Shown piece after piece: positions 31,824 to 41,841 of a stretch of 64,000 nt of DNA. The notes under the pieces were generated by a model. The model did no database searches. It saw only the letters and a list, made by a program, of their open reading frames with translations, and was not told where the DNA came from. Source of the stretch: a virus; the IMG/VR virus record IMGVR_UViG_3300042691_039251, positions 25,679 through 89,678 of that record. One strand, written 5' to 3'. Position 1 is the first letter of the stretch. Every line of letters starts with the position of its first letter. Made by a program: the position numbers and the translations under genes.

Positions 31824-34634
31824 GCCGGATACCGCATATCGAACACATCGGGCATTGCCCTTTCCACTGACAACGAAGGAATCAGCATTCCTACCGCGAA
31901 CGGGACTTCTGGTCTCAAGACCGCGGGCGTTCCTACGGGATCTCTCATATTTAGCACGAGTGACAACCAGCTCTACTCTTTCAACGGAACGAGCTGGGTC
32001 CGAGCTTCCACCTCAGGCAGCGCAGGAACTAGCGGTTCCTCAGGCAGCGCAGGAACTAGCGGTTCTTCGGGAACTGCTGGAACTTCAGGCTCTAGCGGAA
32101 CAGCTGGGACCAGTGGATCTAGCGGAACCTCGGGAACTGCAGGAACTAGTGGAACCACCGGTCCGATCGGTCCTCAAGGGCCACAGGGACCTAACGGCCC
32201 ACAGGGTTTTACGGGTCCACAAGGTGCAATCGGGCCGCAGGGAAACTCTGGACCGCAAGGAACTGGAGGCTCTAGCGGAACAGCTGGGACCAGTGGATCA
32301 AGCGGAACAGCCGGAACTAGTGGATCTAGCGGAACAGCTGGAACTAGCGGTACGAGTGGTACGAGCGGAGCTCAAGGGCCGCAGGGCAACCAGGGGCCGA
32401 TCGGGCCACAGGGTTCGACTGGGCCTCAAGGAGCTCAAGGGCCACAGGGATTCCAAGGACCGAGCGGATCTAGTGGAACTAGTGGGGTTTCAGGTGCGTC
32501 AGGTACTAGTGGAACGTCTGGAACTTCTGGTTCTTCAGGAAATAGCGGGACTTCTGGGTCATCAGGGACAAGCGGAACATCAGGCTCTAGTGGAACAGCA
32601 GGAACTAGCGGTATTCAGGGACCTCAAGGTCCTATCGGACCACAGGGCAACACAGGTCCTCAGGGTCCTCAAGGCCCTCAGGGTCCTCAAGGCCCTCAGG
32701 GGCCAGGTGGTGGACAAGGACCTAGCGGCTCATCAGGGACAAGTGGTGTTTCAGGCGCATCAGGAACCAGCGGTACTAGTGGAACGAGTGGTGGACAGGG
32801 CCCAGGTGGTTCAAGCGGAACCTCGGGAACTAGCGGAAACAGCGGAACTTCCGGGTCATCAGGAACATCTCCAGATGCTGCTTTATACGTAGCAAAGGCC
32901 GGTGATACGATGACTGGCCAATTGATTATAGGTGCAGGCGGTATTGGGATGCAGAGAACGCAGAACAATAACGGAATTTGGTTCAATTCAGGCTCTGATA
33001 CAAATCATATTTTATGGAATGACTACTATGGAGGGCCAACAACAAGAACGGGTTCACCTGGCGGTTTTGATGGAATAAAATGGAATACGTATAGAGGCAT
33101 TCACATTAGAGGTGGAGCAGCAGGAGCTTATAATTGTATCGTAGTAACGAATAGTTCAGGAGCTGAAAACGATCACACTGTTTCTTTGTATGCTGCAAAT
33201 GTGCTTAGGCTTCAGACAACAACGAGTGGAGTTAACATTTCGGGTAATCTTGTAAATACAGGGACAGTTACAGCAACATCTACGGGAGTAGATGGCACTT
33301 TTGCAAACGCTTTTATTGCACAGTATTCGGGTAATAATGCCGAAACGAATGCTATCCAAACGGCTGTTTCTTCTGCAGCTACACAGAGTGGATTTAGGTT
33401 TCAAGTAAGCGATGGCGGAGGCTCTTCGGCAAGAACGAGTGTAGTTGATTTTTTACGAGATAGGGCTAATTTCTATACTCGGCTTCAGGCAATCGGTGCT
33501 GCCGTACAAACTGAAGGTTTATTAAATATAAGCAACACCTACGCTAGCGGAGGTGTTTATTATCCCGCAGCAAAATTCAGAAACACTCGAGGAGACCACA
33601 GTTACGGAATCGTATCTGAATTTTCAACTGGTTCCACAGGTGGTGACAGGGCTACAGTTTTATTTTACAGCGATTCAGCTGCTCACAGCTGGCAAGTAGG
33701 CCAAGTAACAGCAGCCTGGGGAAATGGAGACTCGTTTGGAATCGGTTATAGAGCTAATAATGCACCGAGCACATTTTCTAATTGGCCAACTAATTACTTT
33801 ACTATTGCTACTGGAGGCAACGTAGGTATCGGAGTTACTAATCCCCTGGCTAAACTAGATGTATCGGGCAGCATATATGTAAGAACAGGAAACGCATTAT
33901 ATACAGATTCAATAGCAGGATATAGCGTGGGTGTTGTCTCTCTAGCTTCAGCTACTAATTTCTTGGTGCCTTCAGGACGTATTACAATAGGCACAGAAAA
34001 CACTACAGACGGTAGACTTCAAGTTAGGGGTGCAGGAGTTGCTGATGCGACAACTACTTATGGTATTATTCTTGATAGAGGGACAAAAATCGCATGGACA
34101 AATACTGGAAATGCTAGTACAGGAGAGTACATATATTCTCAAGCCGACAGCCCCTATGCTGTAACTATACACTCAGGCGGCTATAATGCTCTCGCATGTC
34201 CAAACACGAGTCATGTGTATATTAACTATGAAGCAGGAACTTGCTCGATAGGCAGCACATCATTCAGCACTTCATATAAACTTTATGTGACAGGCCAAAT
34301 TTATGCTACTTCTGACATAACGGCATATTCTGATAGGAGAAAGAAAGAAAACATCACCACCATAGACAATGCTCTCGATAAAGTTTCAGGCTTAAGAGGT
34401 GTGTTCTATAACAGAATAGATGATGAATCTAAGAAAAGAAATCTCGGTGTCATTGCACAGGAAGTATTAGAAATAGTGCCAGAAGCAGTTTCTTACGCTG
34501 AGGATACAGACGAATACGGAGTGAAATACGGTAACCTGGTCGGACTTCTCATTGAAGCTATCAAGGAACAACAGGCGACGATCGCTTCTCAAGGTGAACG
34601 AATAAACAGCTTGGAAAAACTTTTGAAATCTTAA
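31821..34634 (+). CDS. collagen-like tail fibre 5 with S74 chaperone
   Basis: Same architecture; YVAKAGDTMTG, YSDRRKK. Confidence 0.9.
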   Translation: MAGYRISNTSGIALSTDNEGISIPTANGTSGLKTAGVPTGSLIFSTSDNQLYSFNGTSWVRASTSGSAGTSGSSGSAGTSGSSGTAGTSGSSGTAGTSGSSGTSGTAGTSGTTGPIGPQGPQGPNGPQGFTGPQGAIGPQGNSGPQGTGGSSGTAGTSGSSGTAGTSGSSGTAGTSGTSGTSGAQGPQGNQGPIGPQGSTGPQGAQGPQGFQGPSGSSGTSGVSGASGTSGTSGTSGSSGNSGTSGSSGTSGTSGSSGTAGTSGIQGPQGPIGPQGNTGPQGPQGPQGPQGPQGPGGGQGPSGSSGTSGVSGASGTSGTSGTSGGQGPGGSSGTSGTSGNSGTSGSSGTSPDAALYVAKAGDTMTGQLIIGAGGIGMQRTQNNNGIWFNSGSDTNHILWNDYYGGPTTRTGSPGGFDGIKWNTYRGIHIRGGAAGAYNCIVVTNSSGAENDHTVSLYAANVLRLQTTTSGVNISGNLVNTGTVTATSTGVDGTFANAFIAQYSGNNAETNAIQTAVSSAATQSGFRFQVSDGGGSSARTSVVDFLRDRANFYTRLQAIGAAVQTEGLLNISNTYASGGVYYPAAKFRNTRGDHSYGIVSEFSTGSTGGDRATVLFYSDSAAHSWQVGQVTAAWGNGDSFGIGYRANNAPSTFSNWPTNYFTIATGGNVGIGVTNPLAKLDVSGSIYVRTGNALYTDSIAGYSVGVVSLASATNFLVPSGRITIGTENTTDGRLQVRGAGVADATTTYGIILDRGTKIAWTNTGNASTGEYIYSQADSPYAVTIHSGGYNALACPNTSHVYINYEAGTCSIGSTSFSTSYKLYVTGQIYATSDITAYSDRRKKENITTIDNALDKVSGLRGVFYNRIDDESKKRNLGVIAQEVLEIVPEAVSYAEDTDEYGVKYGNLVGLLIEAIKEQQATIASQGERINSLEKLLKS
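32016..32870 (+). repeat. Gly-X-Y repeat (about 95 triplets)
   Basis: Translation of fibre 5. Confidence 0.9.
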
Positions 34635-34635
34635 G

Positions 34636-35598
34636 ATGCCTAACAAGATCAAATATAGCACTACAGCTGACAGCAGCCGAGCCTTAAAGAAGGGAAACGT
34701 TCTCATCGGTACGAGAGACCTTGAATACGGACCGACCTCAAGCACTGGTTATTGGAATGGGATCACTCCACCTTCAGCGTACACAGTCTACACCGTGCCT
34801 TCCAATGCAAATACGCCCAGCATGGTCACGCCTGCAAATGACACTCAGATGATCGCTTATGCAAGAACTCTAGGCGGAAATCCATCCACGATAGGAGACG
34901 CTCTAAGCTATGTTGCGGGACTAACGAATTCTATAGCAGTCAATCGAGACTATGAGGACATTGTTCTCGACAGTCTCGTTTTTGGTTGGGACGCAGGTTT
35001 CACAGCTTCTTACCCAAGAGCTGGAAGCACTGTCTATGATCTAGTAGGATCTTCTAACGGAACAGCAGTCTCTACTTCTTACAACAGTTCTAACGGAGGA
35101 TCTCTGGCTTCTAGCTCAGGCTACATTAACATGGGCTCGCAGAATCTCCAGAGAAACTGGTCTTTAGAAGGCTGGTTCTATATGGTTGATAGTACATCTT
35201 TTGGCGTCTTTGGTCAAGGGACACAAGCTCAGAGCGCAGGACTTCACATAATTTACTCTAGCGGATCTCGCGGAATGATCTTTGGTTTATACAGCAACGA
35301 TAACGATTACATGAATAATTATCGTCCGTCAGATAATGTTTGGTACCACTGGGTCTTTACTTACAACAATTCAACATACGACAAACAGTTCTATGCCAAC
35401 GGAGTCTTACAGACGCCGGGATCGAGCGTAGAAACAGTTTATAGCGGTTCAGGCCAATTGAACGTCGGAGCAGCTTACGGCTCACCTTTATCTCTTTATA
35501 ACGGTAGGATAGCAATCTCTCGAATGTACAGCAAGGTTCTTTCAGGATCTGAAATTTCTCAAAATTTTAACACTCAGAAATCTCGCTTTGGATATTGA
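34636..35598 (+). CDS. LamG/concanavalin A-like lectin domain virion protein
   Basis: WSLEGWFY, WYHWVFTY, FYANG, NGRIAISRMYSKVLS..EI.QNFN. Confidence 0.8.
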   Translation: MPNKIKYSTTADSSRALKKGNVLIGTRDLEYGPTSSTGYWNGITPPSAYTVYTVPSNANTPSMVTPANDTQMIAYARTLGGNPSTIGDALSYVAGLTNSIAVNRDYEDIVLDSLVFGWDAGFTASYPRAGSTVYDLVGSSNGTAVSTSYNSSNGGSLASSSGYINMGSQNLQRNWSLEGWFYMVDSTSFGVFGQGTQAQSAGLHIIYSSGSRGMIFGLYSNDNDYMNNYRPSDNVWYHWVFTYNNSTYDKQFYANGVLQTPGSSVETVYSGSGQLNVGAAYGSPLSLYNGRIAISRMYSKVLSGSEISQNFNTQKSRFGY

Positions 35599-35625
35599 TC
35601 TTTTTCTCGATGAAGATTTCGCTTA

Positions 35626-35654
35626 GATAGATAAGCAAAGCAAATCTAGTTTTG
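35626..35654 (+). promoter_or_regulatory. late box plus hairpin (fibre 6)
   Basis: GATAGATA 35626-35633; CAAAGC/GTTTTG. Confidence 0.55.
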
Positions 35655-38600
35655 GCCGGATACCGCATATCAAATACATCTGGGATCGCCCTCTCCACTG
35701 ATAACGAGGGCATCAGCATTCCAACCACCGCGAACGTCGCAGGTCTCAGGACCGCAGGAGTCCCAACTGGGTCTCTAGTCTACGCTGTCGCAGATTCTCA
35801 GCTCTACGCCTTCAATGGAACGAGCTGGATCAAAGCCGACACGAGCGGCACGAGTGGAACTTCAGGCTCCAGCGGAACCGCTGGAACTTCGGGAACGAGC
35901 GGCTCGTCTGGAACGAGCGGAGCTACCGGAACGAGCGGTACTTCAGGAATCACCGGACCGCAGGGTCCACAGGGACCGATCGGGCCACAAGGAGTCCAAG
36001 GTCCACAAGGTCCACAGGGGCCGATCGGACCACAGGGATCTCAGGGGCCTAACGGCACTTCAGGGACGACAGGTACGAGCGGATCTAGTGGAACTGCCGG
36101 AACTTCAGGCAGCAGCGGAACTGGTGGAACTAGCGGAACTTCGGGCAGCAGCGGTACTTCAGGGACTAGTGGTTCAAGCGGAACTGCTGGAACATCAGGC
36201 GGCATCGGTCCTCAGGGGCCGACCGGACCACAGGGAAACCAGGGACCTATCGGAACTGGTGGAACGAGCGGAACTTCAGGCGGAATTGGACCACAGGGAC
36301 CACAAGGTCCTCTCGGACCTCAGGGCTCGACTGGGCCGCAAGGTTTACAGGGACCGCAAGGTCTTCAAGGTCCGAACGGCACGAGTGGAACTAGCGGTTC
36401 TTCGGGAACAAGCGGGACATCGGGTTCTAGTGGAACTTCGGGAACTAGTGGATCGAGCGGAACTGCAGGGACGAGCGGAGGGCAGGGACCGAGTGGAACT
36501 AGTGGAACGAGCGGAAACAGCGGTTCTTCAGGCACTAGTGGAACTTCAGGAGGGCAGGGCCCAGGTGGAACTAGCGGAACCTCAGGTACGAGCCCAGCTA
36601 GCCAGGTAACAGGTAGCGGAACTAGCGGTCAAGTTTCTTTTTGGACTGGAACTAATTCTCAAGCCGGCGATAATAATCTGTTCTGGAATAATACTGATAA
36701 GAGATTAGGTATCGGAAAAGCTGGAGCTGACGCTAGGTTAGAAGTTTACGCTGGTACTAAGCCTCAGATAAGGGCAAATGGTGGTACTGCGATGGGAGGC
36801 GGCATCGAATGGTATACTGAGTTGTCAGGCACAGACAGAAGAAACTGGTCTTTTTTGACTGAAGACGTCATATCTGGTGATTTCAATCTTTTACGGTCAT
36901 CTTCAGCAGGTGCTGCTCCTTCTATAGTGACTCTAGCTTTTCAAAGGACAGGATCTGCTGAATTCAAAAGTGATCTACAAACTCTCGGTAAATTAGGAGC
37001 CTCAGACAACAACGGACTTTTTCTGAGAGGCAATTCAGACGTCACACATAAACTATATTACACTTCTACTGGAACAGTTGGCATCATTCTAGAAATCAAT
37101 AATAATTTTAGGATCAACTATTACAACGGAGGATCTCCAAGCACACCTTTTACTTTCAGTACCGGCGGTAATTTAACTGCAACCGGCATTACTACTTCCA
37201 ATCGTTTTATTTCTAGTGCAACAGATAACGGTTCTGGCGAATACTACTTTTTTACTGGGAATGCCGCAGTGAGCAATAACTTGACAATATACGCGTATGC
37301 GAATAGTGTGTACACAAACGCATACAGCAGCTATCATATCAGAGCTAACAACACAGGAGGATCCGGAGGTTACATATTTCTCCACGGTGGCAGCGTGATG
37401 CTGGGGACTGCAGATGCGCCAGTCCTTCACAGCGGAACTCGGGGTGTCGTTATCAAAGGTTCTGCTCGTGGCATTCTGGAGCTCTGGGATGCTACTTCGG
37501 GTAAGTCTGTATTTCAAAATGTCGGCGGCGATACCTATATTGGACAGCTCGATAAAGGCACCGGAGCAGGCAGCACTTTCTTGCTGGTTAACGGAAACGG
37601 TTCAACCGCAGATGTAGCTTTAACTCTCACATCAACAGCAGCGGCCACCTTTGCGAGCACTCTTAGAACCAACGGTAACGTTGGAGTAAGAGTGACACCA
37701 TCATCAGCGAGCGATCAGTATCTGACGACGGGAGATGCAGGCATAGCTTACTCTAATACGTATTTTGGAACAGGTATGGTTCGTATCGGAGGAGGCTCGG
37801 ATCACGTAGATAATACAGTTCTTTCTGTGGCGCCAGGTGTCGTAGTTTTTGATAGACCTGGCATCTCGGGCGGTGCATTGAAGATCACCGGCACCGGACA
37901 GATACTGATGGGCACTACCGCAGCTCTACAGTCTAATGAAAAATTAGCCGTAACTTCAAGCACAAACACTCCAATCATTGCTCAATTCACAGGCGGCAGC
38001 ACCAGCGGGTGGGCAGCCAAGTTTTGGAACAACGGCACAACAGGTGACAATCTCATAGCTGAATTTTTAACTGAATCCTCTCTTACGGCCAGAGGATCTA
38101 TTAGATATGACAGAAGCGGTGATAGACTCAATATAGCTGGCGCTGGAAGCGGCTTATATTTCACAGGGACAGCTGCAGCCTTCTACACGACTACGGCCAA
38201 TGACAACGAAGGCACTCTAAAATACGAAAACGGTAATACTGGCACAGGCGGAGCAACGAATGCTCAGTTGCTCGGCAAGTCTAAATTCGGCACTGCTCAG
38301 TTCATGGTTTGGGAGAACTACGGTATTCGTTTTGGTATGAGATCTACTGCTAACAGCGGTGCAGGCAGCATTTATTTCACTACAGGTACTGATGCAGTGA
38401 AAATGCTGATAGACAACGCTGGAAGCGTAAAATTCGGCAGTAACAATAGCACAATAATCGGAGCAGACGGTGGTTCTGGCTACATTTACTCGTATTCTTC
38501 GGGCGATCCTAAAATCTACATTGAGGCTAATGGTACTGTAGCTTTTTTGAATCCAACTGGTGTATTCATTGGTACTACTACTAGATGGAATAATGAGAGA

Positions 38601-39533
38601 TTCGGTATACAAATAACGAACACAAACAACTGGACAAACATACCGTCCATGATAAGGCTTACGAATTTTACTAGTGGAGGTATAACTAAGATCACATTCA
38701 CTGACAGCTCTATCATTGACGGTTGGCTGGGTATGGTTCCTAGCGCTGCAGCTAAAAGCTATTTTGCAATGGGCTTTGCCGGATATACTGAGCAAGGCTT
38801 TAAAGTTTATCAAAACGGTTACGCTTATGTTCAAAACAGACTAGGCGTGAACGTAGATTATGATTCATTAGGATGGAAATTACAGGTTGCAGACGTAGGC
38901 GCTAATATATCAGGAGGTGAAGCCATTTCAACCAGCACGATGAAAGGAGTCATGATAGAAAACACTAACAACGGTAATGAATCTATTGGAGTTTGGTTTA
39001 GAACAGGAAGCAATCACCTCTCTGGAATATCAGCTCAAAGAAATGACTCTGCTTCTACGTGGGGAACTGATCTTAGATTCTATACTCACCAAAACGCTAC
39101 TTCTAGCCTGACTTCTGCCTTCCAAAGAATGATCATCACTTCTGAAGGGGCGATGGGACTTGGCGTCACTCCAACCAACACTGGTGGGAGATTCGAAGCT
39201 TCTAATGACATCGTTGCATATTCGTCTTCTGATATTAGATTCAAAAAGAACGTGACTGAAATAAAAGAGCCTCTTCAGAAAATCTCCAAAATTAGAGGTA
39301 TCTCTTTTGATTGGATAGAGATGGAAGAATTCCATGGTAACAGCGGTCACGATGTCGGTGTCATTGCACAAGAAATCGAAGAAGTCCTTCCAGAAATTGT
39401 GACTACTCGAGAAAGTGGATACAAAGCAGTCAAATACGAGAAGATCGTACCTCTCCTCATCGAAGCGATCAAGGAGCAACAAGCTACGATAGCCTCTCTC
39501 GAGGCCCGGATAAATATGTTGGAATCAAAATAA
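35652..39533 (+). CDS. collagen-like tail fibre 6 with S74 chaperone
   Basis: Same architecture; SSDIRFKK...GVIAQE...[14 protein letters not shown]. Confidence 0.9.
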   Translation: MAGYRISNTSGIALSTDNEGISIPTTANVAGLRTAGVPTGSLVYAVADSQLYAFNGTSWIKADTSGTSGTSGSSGTAGTSGTSGSSGTSGATGTSGTSGITGPQGPQGPIGPQGVQGPQGPQGPIGPQGSQGPNGTSGTTGTSGSSGTAGTSGSSGTGGTSGTSGSSGTSGTSGSSGTAGTSGGIGPQGPTGPQGNQGPIGTGGTSGTSGGIGPQGPQGPLGPQGSTGPQGLQGPQGLQGPNGTSGTSGSSGTSGTSGSSGTSGTSGSSGTAGTSGGQGPSGTSGTSGNSGSSGTSGTSGGQGPGGTSGTSGTSPASQVTGSGTSGQVSFWTGTNSQAGDNNLFWNNTDKRLGIGKAGADARLEVYAGTKPQIRANGGTAMGGGIEWYTELSGTDRRNWSFLTEDVISGDFNLLRSSSAGAAPSIVTLAFQRTGSAEFKSDLQTLGKLGASDNNGLFLRGNSDVTHKLYYTSTGTVGIILEINNNFRINYYNGGSPSTPFTFSTGGNLTATGITTSNRFISSATDNGSGEYYFFTGNAAVSNNLTIYAYANSVYTNAYSSYHIRANNTGGSGGYIFLHGGSVMLGTADAPVLHSGTRGVVIKGSARGILELWDATSGKSVFQNVGGDTYIGQLDKGTGAGSTFLLVNGNGSTADVALTLTSTAAATFASTLRTNGNVGVRVTPSSASDQYLTTGDAGIAYSNTYFGTGMVRIGGGSDHVDNTVLSVAPGVVVFDRPGISGGALKITGTGQILMGTTAALQSNEKLAVTSSTNTPIIAQFTGGSTSGWAAKFWNNGTTGDNLIAEFLTESSLTARGSIRYDRSGDRLNIAGAGSGLYFTGTAAAFYTTTANDNEGTLKYENGNTGTGGATNAQLLGKSKFGTAQFMVWENYGIRFGMRSTANSGAGSIYFTTGTDAVKMLIDNAGSVKFGSNNSTIIGADGGSGYIYSYSSGDPKIYIEANGTVAFLNPTGVFIGTTTRWNNERFGIQITNTNNWTNIPSMIRLTNFTSGGITKITFTDSSIIDGWLGMVPSAAAKSYFAMGFAGYTEQGFKVYQNGYAYVQNRLGVNVDYDSLGWKLQVADVGANISGGEAISTSTMKGVMIENTNNGNESIGVWFRTGSNHLSGISAQRNDSASTWGTDLRFYTHQNATSSLTSAFQRMIITSEGAMGLGVTPTNTGGRFEASNDIVAYSSSDIRFKKNVTEIKEPLQKISKIRGISFDWIEMEEFHGNSGHDVGVIAQEIEEVLPEIVTTRESGYKAVKYEKIVPLLIEAIKEQQATIASLEARINMLESK
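35847..36593 (+). repeat. Gly-X-Y repeat (about 83 triplets)
   Basis: Translation of fibre 6. Confidence 0.9.
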
Positions 39534-39585
39534 TTTTTGAAACCTTTTCAACAAACTCAAATATAAAGACTGAACAAAAAATTCT

Positions 39586-40068
39586 ATGGAAAAGTTAACT
39601 CTGAAACTGTTTGAAATTAGAGATCTCAATGCAGAGATCAACGGACTGGTGAACGTGCAGACCGGAGAAAAAGTAAGAAAAGGTCTTCTCGATGAGAAGC
39701 TCTCTATGACTCAAAAATACTGGCTCTCTGATCTCGGTAAAAAAGCAAAAGCTCTTACTGACGAGGTTGAGCCTCTTCGCAACGAGCTGATCACCAAGTA
39801 TGGAGAGAAGACGTCTGACGAGACGGTGGAGGTCCTCCCATGGATCGAGGAGAAGAACGAAGAAGGAGAGGTTACTGCAAGAAAGCCGAATCCTAAGTTC
39901 CTCGATTTCGAGAGAGAATACTCTGAGCTCTTCAACCAGGAGAGAGAATTCGAACACCGCGTCTTCTTCATCGAAGACTTTGAGGATGTGAAGTCTGAAA
40001 ATGATTATACCATCTTCCGGAAGTTCTGTACTTCTCGCGAGGAATCACCCTTACAGGTGGTAAAGTAA
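39586..40068 (+). CDS. hypothetical helical phage protein
   Basis: 160-aa ORF; RNELITKYG motif. Confidence 0.75.
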   Translation: MEKLTLKLFEIRDLNAEINGLVNVQTGEKVRKGLLDEKLSMTQKYWLSDLGKKAKALTDEVEPLRNELITKYGEKTSDETVEVLPWIEEKNEEGEVTARKPNPKFLDFEREYSELFNQEREFEHRVFFIEDFEDVKSENDYTIFRKFCTSREESPLQVVK

Positions 40069-40084
40069 TTCAAGATCAAGGTAG

Positions 40085-40118
40085 AAAGAGGGAAGCACTT
40101 AAGGTTCTTCCCTCTTTT
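40085..40118 (+). terminator. intrinsic terminator
   Basis: AAAGAGGGAAG ... CTTCCCTCTTTT. Confidence 0.7.
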
Positions 40119-40149
40119 AGCCTCCCTTGAAAAAAGGTCGAAAAAAAAT

Positions 40150-40178
40150 GAAACCTTTTTCGGCCACCCAATAAAATA
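40150..40178 (+). promoter_or_regulatory. putative promoter for the ncRNA array
   Basis: GAAACCTTTTT...AATAAAATA, same class as 250/5061/51728/56860. Confidence 0.45.
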
Positions 40179-40208
40179 CTTAGTTCTTTGGAATAATTAA
40201 CAAAAACC

Positions 40209-40380
40209 TTGATCTTGAAGCGGCTGAGAGAGCTACATCAACTACTATGAGCAAGGAAGGAGCTTAGGCTTCCTCCAAAAAATCTTCATAGCGGCGACAG
40301 CGAAGAAGAACCACTGGTCTAAAGTCGTGGCCATCGGGAGCCCTAACCGAAACCCTCTCTTAGGAAATTCTCAGGATTAA
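40209..40380 (+). ncRNA. structured RNA unit 1 (putative Ro60-binding Y-like RNA with large insert)
   Basis: TTGATCTTGA/TCAGGATTAA stem, AGCGG x GAAATTC internal loop, CTGAGAGAG/CTCTCTTAG stem, then CTACATC. Confidence 0.65.
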
Positions 40381-40387
40381 CTCATAT

Positions 40388-40460
40388 TCAAACCGAAGCG
40401 GCGAAAAGAGATACTTCTAATTGGACTGAAAAACACTCTTCTCGAAAATCCTCGGCTTGA
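40388..40460 (+). ncRNA. structured RNA unit 2 (putative Y-like RNA)
   Basis: TCAAACCGA/TCGGCTTGA stem, AGCGG x AAAATCC loop, CGAAAAGAG/CTCTTCTCG stem, then ATACTTC. Confidence 0.65.
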
Positions 40461-40467
40461 CTTCTTT

Positions 40468-40550
40468 GAAAAGGGCTGCTGAACAGTGTAGAGACACTTC
40501 TGCTTTCCGTTCTCTTGGGTCTTGACGATACTTTCGGCGAGGCCCTTTTC
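40468..40550 (+). ncRNA. structured RNA unit 3 (putative Y-like RNA; outer stem may double as terminator)
   Basis: GAAAAGGGC/GCCCTTTTC and TGCTGA/TCGGCG stems, ACAGT x GATACTT loop, GTAGAGAC/GTCTTGAC stem, then ACTTC. Confidence 0.6.
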
Positions 40551-40577
40551 TTTTTCCGCCGCTTTTTACTATCTTTT
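40546..40577 (+). promoter_or_regulatory. putative early promoter (leaderless)
   Basis: TC-N13-TATCTTTT, ATG 3 nt later. Confidence 0.5.
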
Positions 40578-40580
40578 ACT

Positions 40581-40775
40581 ATGATACACGTAAAATTCAG
40601 AGACACCGATCCGGACACCGGAATCATCACCCAGGACGAGGTGATAGTAATGAGCGAAAACCCCGACCGAGCCACCTGGGCCAAGATGACAATTGAAAAA
40701 GACTGGTTCGATCACAACCCTGACCACAACCGAGAATTCTACTTATTTGACACAGAAACAGAACAGGAATTCTAA
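40581..40775 (+). CDS. small hypothetical protein
   Basis: MIHVKFRDTDPDTG; ATG after promoter box. Confidence 0.7.
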   Translation: MIHVKFRDTDPDTGIITQDEVIVMSENPDRATWAKMTIEKDWFDHNPDHNREFYLFDTETEQEF

Positions 40776-40776
40776 T

Positions 40777-41832
40777 ATGGAAAGAAAATTAGCAAGCATC
40801 CAAGTGATCAAGGAGATCCTTCCCATCGAAGGAGCTGACGCGATCGAACTCGCAGTGGTCAACGGCTGGAAAGTCGTGGTAGCCAAAAATGTCGGACATC
40901 AAGCAGGCGACTACGTAGTCTATTGTGAGATTGATTCATTCTTGCCCATCAGGGAAGAATTTGAATTTCTCAGAAAGTCTTCTTATAGGAAGATGGGGGA
41001 GCAGGAGGGTTTCAGGTTGAGGACGATCAAGCTCAGAGGGCAAGTCTCCCAGGGACTCATTCTTCCAATGTCAGTCTTCGGAGATTTTAGTTGGACTGCT
41101 TACGAGGGTCTGGACGTCACAGAGAAATTAGGCATAGTAAAATATGAACCTCCGGTGCCGGCAGCTCTCGCAGGTGTGGCCAAAGGTCTCTTTCCGAGCT
41201 TCCTCCGAAAGACAGATGAGGAACGCATTCAAAACCTCGCTTCAGACTATGAAGAAATGCAAAAGCACTCTTACTACATCACTGAAAAGCTCGATGGTAG
41301 CTCAGCGACCTTTTACTATAAGGACGGTGAATTTGGAGTCTGTAGCAGAAACTTAGAGCTCCTCGAGACAGAGGAAAACACTTTTTGGAAAGTGGCTCGA
41401 GAGCTGAACCTCGAGGAGAAAATGAAGTCCCTCGAAAAGAATGTTTGTCTCCAAGGAGAGCTGATAGGAGAGGGGATCCAAGGAAATCCTTACAAGCTGA
41501 AGGGTCAGATAGTAAAGTTCTTCAATGCTTACAAGATCGACGATGGTGAGTACTACGATTTTCTCTCAATGGCAACTCTGCTCGACTACCTCGGTTTGGA
41601 AACAGTCCCGGTGTTGAACACGAACTACGAACTTCCACCCACCATCGAAATACTTCTCAACGATGCTGATGGAAAATCAAGACTGAACGATAATGCAGAC
41701 CGAGAAGGACTCGTGATCAGAAGCCATGATAGAAAAATATCATTCAAAGCAATCAGCAACAAGTTCTTGCTCAAGGAAGACGACAGGCCTTCCAAGGGGG
41801 AACGCTTAAACTGGGAAAACACTAAAAACTAA
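40777..41832 (+). CDS. RNA ligase, DRB0094 family
   Basis: MERKLASIQ..PIEGADAIELA, LRGQVSQGL, TEKLDGSS (motif I), QGELIG, EGLVIR, FKAISN. Confidence 0.9.
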   Translation: MERKLASIQVIKEILPIEGADAIELAVVNGWKVVVAKNVGHQAGDYVVYCEIDSFLPIREEFEFLRKSSYRKMGEQEGFRLRTIKLRGQVSQGLILPMSVFGDFSWTAYEGLDVTEKLGIVKYEPPVPAALAGVAKGLFPSFLRKTDEERIQNLASDYEEMQKHSYYITEKLDGSSATFYYKDGEFGVCSRNLELLETEENTFWKVARELNLEEKMKSLEKNVCLQGELIGEGIQGNPYKLKGQIVKFFNAYKIDDGEYYDFLSMATLLDYLGLETVPVLNTNYELPPTIEILLNDADGKSRLNDNADREGLVIRSHDRKISFKAISNKFLLKEDDRPSKGERLNWENTKN

Positions 41833-41841
41833 ACCAACTAT

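Noticed and set aside
13129-36609. Alternative-frame and antisense ORFs over the collagen regions (e.g. 31855-32892, 27702-28082)
   Set aside because: Shadows of the 9-nt periodic Gly-X-Y coding repeats; no independent start context.
12822-39533. Diversity-generating retroelement or invertible shufflon acting on fibres
   Set aside because: No reverse transcriptase, invertase, inverted cassettes or adenine-specific TR/VR pair was seen in this window.
40209-40550. CRISPR array or tRNA interpretation of the repeated RNA units
   Set aside because: No identical direct repeats with unique spacers, and no T-loop or cloverleaf; conservation is structural.
40388-40684. Minus-strand 98-aa ORF and the TTG-extended 40515 start
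   Set aside because: These overlap the structured RNAs and the promoter; ATG 40581 fits the promoter spacing.
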